Source of the DNA: Paragordius varius
Taxonomy: Eukaryota > Animalia > Nematomorpha
DNA: 33,000 bases
Assembly (NCBI GenBank): GCA_964247055.1
Contig: OZ176056.1
Location: 6,820,001-6,853,000 of the forward strand
Reading direction: 5' to 3'
Of the stretch, positions 24,675 through 33,000 are shown piece by piece (the first letter of the stretch is position 1; every line of letters begins with the position of its first letter). Under the pieces are notes generated by a model that made no database searches, was not told where the DNA came from, and was given only the letters and a program-made list of their open reading frames with translations. Position numbers and translations under genes: made by a program.

Positions 24675-24933
24675 CCACTTAGATTTCAAATACCCTTGAA
24701 CAATTGAAATTCACCCTAAAAAACAATTGTGTTTTCGAACTTATATAATAACTCATTATTAATATGAAATATTTCTTTATCGCATAGTTTATTATTTTTT
24801 CAGTATTATTTTAATTTTAAACATAATATTATTTTTTAAAATATATTAAAATATAGGTGGTTTTTAATTTTGAAAAACGCATAATTCAAGGATGAATTTG
24901 AATTGTTCAAGGGTTAATTTGAATCGTAAATGG
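24675..24933. mobile_element. MITE family B
   Basis: TA|ccacttaga ... cgtaaatgg|TA; internal ataactcattattaatat and catagtttattattttttcagtatt shared with the 1786 copy. Confidence 0.78.
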
Positions 24934-25990
24934 TACATTTCACCAATATTTCTTTTTATAAACCCCAAATTAAAATGTAAAATTTTTTAGTTCAACAATT
25001 TCGCAATTTCAAATTTAGTAGATAAATTTAATTACCTTGCGACCATATTTCTTCGATATCAGGTTTAGATGGTGTCTGACCGGACACCCGAATATGTATT
25101 TGTTGTAAAATTACCATATATAATAAGCCGTAAAAAAACCATTTTAAACAAAAATGTCTAAATTTATAGTGAAACCGATTAAGTGACGCCATGGTTAAAA
25201 ATAAAATTAATATAAAGATAATAATGCATTATTGCCAAACACCGTCTTATATAAATTGAACGGGTTACCGTAAATAAATAGCTATAAGTTATTATTTTTT
25301 TATTGATTGATACTTTTCCTATTTTGTTGTTTTAATTAAATATATGATGGATAGGCGGCACAATTTCGACATGAATGGTAAAATATTTATAGTTGTATAA
25401 TATGAATATAACGGTTTTTGTTTTATAGATACTAATCTTTTGCTTACTAATTTTATTTATATATATTAAGATCACGATTGATAACGAGTAATATTTATGC
25501 TTTTAATTCTCTCTTTTCTAATCAAATGATCTAAAAAAGCAATAATTTTGCTCTTAAGACTAAAATAATCCATAAAATACATTGAATACGCTACTAAATT
25601 TATTATATACAAAACATATTTACCTATTTACATGAATAAATATCATAAACAAAGTATTGAAAAATCACAGGGAAAAATAAATGATATTAGTTGAAACGAA
25701 ATGGAAAAATATGGGCAAAAATATTATAAGGATATATAATATATAATTATGCGTATTTTGATAAGTTTTCATATATTTTGTCTGAAAAAATGGCACTTTG
25801 CATAATAAAGGCGATTTGATGCATGATTGATTCCATAAATCTAAAGTGTAGAATGTAGTATGATAAAGTTTACACAAAATGTTGCTATCAGTTAACCAAG
25901 GCCAGTAAAAAATTATTAAGTGTAAATGAAAAACAATTTTTCAGAACTTTTTTGAAAAAAATAAAAGTTATACATACTACCTTCACCCGT

Positions 25991-26863
25991 TTAAGGCACA
26001 GGTGTACTGGCATCAGTTGCTGGAGCGCCTTGGCCAGCACCGTCGGGAACGCAAGAAATTCCGCTATTAGGCACCAAGCAAGTTAAACAACCTTGATCCC
26101 ATATAGTTCCTTTGGCACATAAGCGACTATAACCCAAACCCTCGGGCGTACATTGAATATATTTGTAGGGTAGAGAGGGATGGGGAAAATACAGAGATTC
26201 AGGAGGCGAATCAGCCGGAACAGGTCTGCATGGGTTAGGGGCTAAGCAAATTATAGGCATTAATATACATTGGGGAAGTAAGGATAAATTAATCAGCATA
26301 AATAAGGCAGGGCTTACAAATATCCAATTCACAAACATAGGGGAACGGTTTATCACATGCTTCGGAGACTAATGTACGTCCAAATCCTTTTGGACTTGAA
26401 ACAAAGCAGGGGTGTTCCAAATTTGTAGTCAATTCATCTCCTACCCAAACACTTTTACCGTGGGTCAGGGTGTTTACAAATTCCTAAACATTTAAAAATA
26501 TTTGTTACGTATGTGGCAAAAATTTAAAATTTATATTGTAAGCTTTTTATAATTTATATTTTTACTGCTTCAGGGGCATTATCGATGATCAAGAGAGCTG
26601 CATTTTGATTCGTACAAGCAACTTTGGCAGCTGACCAGATCACACCAGTTTTAAAGAATTTATAACAGGTATAACTGTTTGCCAACAACTTCCATCCCGA
26701 AGGACAACCTGGATATAAAATAAAATTAAAAAAAAACATGGAAATGTTAAAAAAATTAAAGTAATTTTTATACTAAATAAAATTAACCAAACTTACTTTG
26801 ACTATAAACCACATCACGAATAAATGTTACATAAAGAAAAATTATAGTGCTAATAAATTTCAT
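25991..26863 (-). CDS. Secreted C-type lectin-like domain + chitin-binding type-2 (CBM14-like) domain protein, 4 exons, 208 aa
   Basis: Exons (minus) 26863-26797, 26708-26566, 26483-26318, 26241-25991; 627 nt; introns 88, 82 and 76 nt. Signal peptide MKFISTIIFLYVTFIRDVVYS. CTLD motifs CPSGW..CYKFF..WSAAKVAC..AALLII..E..FV..VWVG..C..C..FPYVCE, then C..YFPHP..YIQC..G..C.KGTIWD..TC. Confidence 0.85.
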
Positions 26864-26953
26864 ATCGAGAGGATTGGGTGTATATTGCGTGTTGCAGAAA
26901 ATTTATGCCAAGTTAAATTTGAAAAAGTGAATAATGTTACCTAAGAGGTGGTC

Positions 26954-26961
26954 CTTATATA
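26954..26961 (-). promoter_or_regulatory. Candidate TATA box of the lectin gene
   Basis: TATATAAG on the minus strand in locally GC-richer context, ~90 nt upstream of the ATG at 26863. Confidence 0.35.
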
Positions 26962-27336
26962 ATGGTCATTTATCACACACTAACACATAAAGAATCGCTT
27001 TAAGCGCCAATTTATAAAACTTAACTATGTACAATATGTAACACCACAAGATATCTAGGCATAAACAGTTTACCATTCCGATAATTTATTTTAGCGTTTA
27101 ACTTAGTTTATGAGTTTTTTAGAGCTTACATTTTAATAATAGAATAAACAATTACAATTTGAAAAAATTATGATACCATTATGATGCAAGGTTTTAGCTT
27201 TGTTTTGATATGTCTCCTTTAATTGGTCATATTCTATTATAATGTTATATTTTTATTAACAATTCAATTCGTTTATATGGCCATTTAATTATTTTTTATC
27301 AAAATAATTTCTTTTTATCTTTATAACAGTATCAAC

Positions 27337-27858
27337 TTTTATAATAACTGTTGTTAAATCCGTAAAATAACGATAAACGAAAACTAAATAAAATTAATTG
27401 AAAGATATTTATTAACAGAAATTATAAACGATATATAAAACCCTTTCGTCAATAGTAATCGCAGACTAGTTTCGTGCCTGTTAGCACTCATCAGTACGAC
27501 ATAACTATTTGACTTGGGGTTTTCACATATCGATTTCGCATATATATCCAACTTTGCAATTTTGGTATAATTGCAGTTGGTTATAATTAAATTTTTAAAA
27601 ACATTCATGAAATTTAAATTGAAAATTTGAAAATATACTTAAAATTAACAGTAGGTTTAACCCTAGATTTATATCTACTTAGGGATTTCAAAGAAATCAA
27701 TTTAATAACCAAGAAGCACTAAACTAGTCTGCTTTTAGTATTGACGAAAGGGTTTCACATATTGTTTATAATTTCTGTTAATAAATATCTTTCAATTAGT
27801 TTTCTATTTAGTTTTCGTTTATCGTTATTTTACGGATTTAACAACAGTTATTACAAAA
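27337..27858. mobile_element. Long-TIR foldback element (~140-bp arms)
   Basis: taataactgttgttaaatccgtaaaataacgataaacgaaaactaaata... is reverse-complemented at ~27715-27853; superfamily not assignable. Confidence 0.8.
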
Positions 27859-27987
27859 CTTAATCAATCCGTCCATTTACCATTACAGTATCAACTTTTA
27901 ATTATAGGTATTAAAAGGGGATTATAAACCTATTACAATGTTAATAATTTATTATCTTAGATGTTGTGATTCTCACGTTTGTATGTT

Positions 27988-30900
27988 ATGAATATACATA
28001 TGCCTTTGTCATTTTCTTTGGTGTTATCACTTTTCAAGATTTTTACAATTATATATGTCGCGCTGCCCAAACATTGGTTAAATTTTTTATTCTAATATAT
28101 AACTTTGCAATCAGTATACTTTCATATTTAAATTTTTTACAGTAAAAATTGAAATTATACGGACAAAACTTAAAACTATATGGACAAATATTTTTTTTTA
28201 AAGACAACCCTACTTTTTAAATCTTGATTATTTTCAATATAACTCATTATTTTAATCGTAGAATCAAATACAGATGTAAATAGGAAACCCCATCAATTTT
28301 ATATTTTACAGTGGTAGGATATTTATATAAATAATATGAAGGTTTAAAAAAGTATGGTTGTCTTTTTAATAAAAATTTGTCTTTATATTTTTACATCTGT
28401 ATAATAGCAATTTTTACTGTTTTATAAAAATTTCAATATTTATTCGTTGTTTGCAAATTATTGGGGCAAAGGAAAAGGTATTGAAAAAATTAATTAAAAA
28501 CGGATTCAAGAATAAAGATTGGTTTAATTTTGGAGCTAACATTAAATTCTTTACCATATTTAAATAAATTCCCTAACTTATGTATTTTTATACAAAAGGT
28601 TACTATTTGCCACAAGTCAGTTATGTTATAATTTAAATTTATTTTTTTAACAATATATCTATCACCTTATAATATATAAATAATATTAATAATTAATTTA
28701 TGATTAAGGAAAGGCAAAGGATGGGGTCATACATTAATTTGACTTTTTTTTTTATCAATTTTTAATATATTAAAATGATTAATTTTAGGTCTTAGCCGTG
28801 TCAAAGGAGGTTCAACTTCTAGAACAGGTAAAACAATATATTAATTACATAAGATAATTAATTACTATATTTTTTACATTCTTGGATTTGGAATAAATGG
28901 GCATTACAAATTACATTTCAAATATTTTTATAATTAAGGATTATTTCAAAATGGGCAATCTTCAACTATAATACGTTTTGGATAAGTTAACAAATAAAAA
29001 TTTAAAAGAAAACAAATTTTTTGGATTATTTTATCTAGTGAATACCGAAAGCTTCAATGAATCCTAATTTATTTGATTTTTATAAAACCTTCAACTCAGA
29101 TTCATATCAAAAATATTTTATTAAAATTCAACTTAATCCAATTTACCGTCGTTTATTTTAATTATAGGTGAAGCTGTCAATGGAACCGTGGTGTGTTCAA
29201 CATTTTGCCCCGCAAATTCTTTCTTAGTCAACTGCCAATGTAAATCTTTATTCACATATAATTTTCATAGCTCAAACATTAAATTTATATAATTTATATT
29301 ATATAAAAATACTAGCGTAAATCTCGTGCTGCTACGCAGCCCGAGGAAGTCCTTCGGACTTCTGGGAGGGGGGGAAGGTTATTTGAAAAAAGGGATAATA
29401 AAATGATCCACATATGTGGATTATTTGGAAACATTATTTAATAGCTAAGATCTCATAGGAATTTTAAAACGGTGCATTTAAGCTAATTTAATATTTACTG
29501 GGGGGAAAACTAGATTTAAAAAATTATTTTTGTGGACTTTGTTTTTTAAAATAAATTTTACGGGGTGAGCGTTCAAAAAAAGGGCGAAGCTATTGTCGGG
29601 GCATTCATTGATAATTATATTTTTTTGATGTTTGGGTTTGAATGGGTTCACCGGCTTTCAGGGAACAGATCACAAAGCCACATGATGAATCAGTTTTTAG
29701 CGGGTAGCTCCTTACCCAGCAGCTATCATCAAAGAAACGCTTGACTAAAATTTATCAGGGAATACGTGGAATCCATAAATTTTTACGGTCTCATACCTAG
29801 GGCGAAAAATAGATTTAAAAACTTATTTTTGTGGACTTTGTTTTTTGAAAAAATGGCATTTTACGGGGGGAGCGGGTAAAAAAAGGGTTTAAATTAAAAA
29901 AGCGAGACGACTATGTTCGGCGCAATCGAAAATAAGTAAACAAAAAGCATATTTGAAACTGAATGATTCCAACACGTTCTCCGGAAAATTGTCTCAAAGA
30001 CACGATTTTTGTGGACTTCTGTTTTTAAAAAAACCCGTTTTTCAACGGGGTAGGCCCGAACTGGGGGCCTATTTCAAAAAAGGGCGAAGCTATTGTCGGG
30101 GCATTCATTAATGATTATATTTTTTCGATGTTTGGATTTGAATGGGTCTACCGGTTTCCCGGTACCAGATCATAAAGCCAGCATTTTCCATTTTTATAAA
30201 TATATAGATTACCATAAATTATGTTTTATTATCCATATATCTTTTAATATCCTAGACATATGATAGATACTCCTTACTCAGCAGCTATCATCAAAGAAAC
30301 GCTTGACTAAAATTTTTGCCTTTTAGGGAATACGAAAAATCCTTATTGAATTTTTACAGTCTCATACCTTGGGCAAAAAAATACAATCAAAAATTATTTT
30401 TGTAGACTTTGTTTTTTTTTTGAAAAAAATGGCATTTTATGGGGATAGCGGGTAAAAAGACGGCCTAAATCAAAAAAGTGAGTTGACTATGTTCGGCGCG
30501 ATCAAAAATATGTAAACAAAAATTATATTTGAAATCAAATGGTCAAACACGTTCTCCGGAAAATGTCTCAACCTGTTTTCACACGGGGTAGGCCCTAACT
30601 GGGGGCCTAATTCAAAAAAGGGCGAAGCTATTGTCGGGGCATTCATTAATGATTATATTTTTTTGATGTTTGGATTTGAATGGGGTTACCGGTTTTCCGG
30701 AAGATCACAAAGCCACATGATGAATCAGTTTTTAGCGGGTAGCTTCTTACCCAGCAATTATCATCAAAGAAACGCTTGAATTTTTGCCTTTTAACAGGTA
30801 ATAACGAAAAAACCTTCTCGAATTTTCACAGTCTCATACCTTGGGCAAAAAAATACAATCGAAATATTATTTTTGTGGACTTTGTTTTTTTTGAAAAAAA

Positions 30901-31544
30901 ATGGCATTTTACGGGGTAGCAGGTAAAAAGAGGGCCTAAATTAAAAAAGCGAGGACTATGTTCGGCGCAATAGAAAATAAGTAAACAAAAATCATATTTG
31001 AAACTGAATGATCCAACACGTTCTCCGGAAAATTATCTCAAAGGCACGATTTTTGCGGACTTCTGCTTTCAAAAAAAACTCGTTTTTCACACGGGGTGGG
31101 CCCGAACTGGGGGCCTATTTCAAAAAAGGGCGTATTGTCGGGGCATTCATTAATGATTATATTTTTTCGATGTTTGGATTTGAATGGGTCTACCGGTTTT
31201 CCGGTACCAGATCACAAAGCCAGCATTTTCCATTTTTATAAACATATAGATTCCTAAATTTTTAGGCGTATACCTCTTATTACTTTTATTATCTAATATA
31301 ATTCTTTGTCAAAAAACGCTTTTTATTTGATTAGCCTGGGTCTGTTTGAAACTAAAGAGTAGCTTAACCAGATGATAACATTAAAACATCTAATAACTCT
31401 AATGTGCCCACAAAAGACACGGAAATAAATGAAAATGTTGAAAAGGAAATAGGGAATTTAGAAGTTGACAGTGTCAATCATCTTGAAACGCAAAACAAAA
31501 ATTTGAATGAAGAAAAAATAGTCAACCAAAAATTTAAAAATTAG
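27988..31544 (+). CDS. Tentative small secreted protein (~129 aa), 5 exons, last intron carrying a Helitron
   Basis: Phase-consistent exons 27988-28076, 28709-28725 (17 nt, weak donor), 28789-28827, 29168-29239, 31372-31544 give MNIHMPLSFSLVLSLFKIFTIIYVALPKHWKGKGWGLSRVKGGSTSRTGEAVNGTVVCSTFCPANSFLVNCQYDNIKTS...KFKN*. An alternative acceptor at 31335 gives ...NCQSWVCLKLKSSLTR*. The middle exons are the most convincing; both ends are uncertain. Confidence 0.4.
28140..28419. mobile_element. MITE family A
   Basis: TA|cagtaaaaattgaaattatacggacaaaac ... gtataatagcaatttttactg. Internal aaaaagtatggttgtctttt is shared with the 1338 copy. Confidence 0.8.
29312..31250 (-). mobile_element. Non-autonomous Helitron, copy 2 (composite: two 5' ends, ~500-bp tandem units)
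   Basis: On the minus strand: A|TC start at 31250 and a second TC start at 30208; double hairpin 29323-29362; CTAG|T end at 29312; inserted in an A|T target. Motif tattgtcggggcattcatt recurs at ~29590, 30090, 30629 and 31133. Confidence 0.88.
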
Positions 31545-32493
31545 AAGCAATCAAAATTATTTAGGGAAAAATACACGGGAAAAACCAAATCATACATCAT
31601 GATTACACAATTTGATTTATATGTAATTCATCAATCAAACAATTTATTAATTACAGTGCTTATATAACATGAAATTATTTGATTTAATAGAATAAATTAC
31701 ATATATAAGTTACATTAATACTATTTTTTAATGGATTTTAATAGTTAAGACTGCGATTTCTGTTAAAATGAGCATTTGATTTATGTAATATTTTGCACAT
31801 CAATTCTAACATGAAAAAAATATAAATATAAAAAAAATTCGTACCTTACATTCGAAACTAGATTCAAACGTTTATTCTTAAAACCAAAGGGATACTATTA
31901 TTCTCGCAAAAGAAAAAATATTGGATACAATTTATGTTCGGAGTCAAAAAAATGGTATAAAACAAAAATTAAATCAAGATTGACCAATTTTGAACATAAA
32001 AGTATACTCTTTTGTGCCCACAAAAAAATATAATATTGATGCAAACTTAGTTGCACTTCCTGTAAGATAGCATGCTCGGAAGGTAAAAGAGATGATCTTA
32101 TATCAGCTACCTGTTCCTCATAATATTCATTGATTTCAGGGCCTGGGAGGTTGGAAACGATTGCTTCAATTTTCTTTCGTTTCTCAAGTAAATACTGAGA
32201 TCGGCATGCTCATGTTCACTCCGTTCAAGTAAATTTGGGCTTATCTGTTGTTTTACAACTTAATAAATTTTTTATTAATGTTTAAAAAAGCTAAATATCC
32301 CCATGCGAAGAAAATCTAAATCGATCTACAACTTAATAACTAAATTGATCGTTTAATAAAAAATCTTAAAAAGGTGATAGAAGTAATATATGAATTGAGT
32401 AGATTTCATCGTAAAAAATTTAAGCAATAACGGTTTCCGTAATAGACTCAACATAAAAAAATATCAATAAAACACATTAAAACTATCGAAAAT

Positions 32494-32790
32494 TTGTTAA
32501 TGTGCCTATTTACCACATATCCTACCAATGAAAACTACATAATTAAAAATGAAATTGTCAATGTACTTGGTATAAATAAGTTTGTAAAGGTAGAGCCGTG
32601 TGATACATTGTACACGGTTGAAACAGATAAAAAGTGCGTGAAGGTGCAAAATCATTGGCCTTCGAGATCTCAAGAATGTAAAATTTTGAATACAGCAAGG
32701 AATTTAGATGTTCTTCGACTTCTTTAGCCGGCATCATGGCACAATCTTCGATTGTTTTTTGTTTACATACCCAAACTTCGTATTAATCTA
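32494..32790 (+). pseudogene. Probable piggyBac-type transposase remnant
   Basis: NKFVKVEPCDT..DKKCVKVQ and downstream SWHNLRLFFVYI resemble the PGBD-like xFVGVEP..V.V and WY.RLFF segments; heavily decayed. Confidence 0.35.
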
Positions 32791-32805
32791 AAAAATGATT
32801 CATAC

Positions 32806-33000
32806 CAGTGATACTCAAACCGCGGCCCGCGGGCCGCATGCGGCCTTAAGAGTGCTTTAAAATTGCCCTATGACCATATTGATACAAAATTATTTTTTTA
32901 TTGTATATATAAAAATATACATAAACGAATTTTCACTTATTTTAATATTAATTTATTTTCTTTAGTAATTTTGGTAATTTTTATTTACCGAATATGAAAT
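32806..33000. mobile_element. Left end of a hAT/Charlie-type element running off the window
   Basis: cagtgatactcaaaccgcggcccgcgggccgcatgcggcc, typical of Charlie/SPIN-like termini. Confidence 0.65.

Overview
Very AT-rich eukaryotic genomic DNA, most likely from an invertebrate animal, read with the standard genetic code and GT-AG spliceosomal introns. The ORF track fragments because the genes are split. I reconstructed by hand: (1) an 8-exon COP9 signalosome subunit 7 (CSN7/COPS7) gene, 6317-11585 (+), 575 aa. Its first two introns are only 23 and 25 nt, while every intron in the other well-supported models is at least 76 nt, and it carries a ~290-aa Asn/Ser/Thr-rich insertion. (2) A 5-exon secreted orphan precursor, 16712-15263 (-), with an RKTR site and a C-terminal Gly. 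(3) A 4-exon secreted protein with a compact C-type lectin domain plus a chitin-binding (CBM14-like) domain, 26863-25991 (-). (4) A tentative small secreted-protein gene, 27988-31544 (+). The rest is dense with DNA-transposon debris: an internally deleted hAT element ending 61 nt before the CSN7 ATG, two oppositely oriented copies of a non-autonomous Helitron with a double 3' hairpin and internal tandem arrays, a 1.24-kb near-palindromic CACTGTG...CACAGTG foldback element, two multi-copy TA-flanked MITE families, hAT MITEs and a probable piggyBac remnant. The most unusual signal is the pair of ultra-short introns in a conserved housekeeping gene. All gene models are manual and need RNA-seq confirmation.
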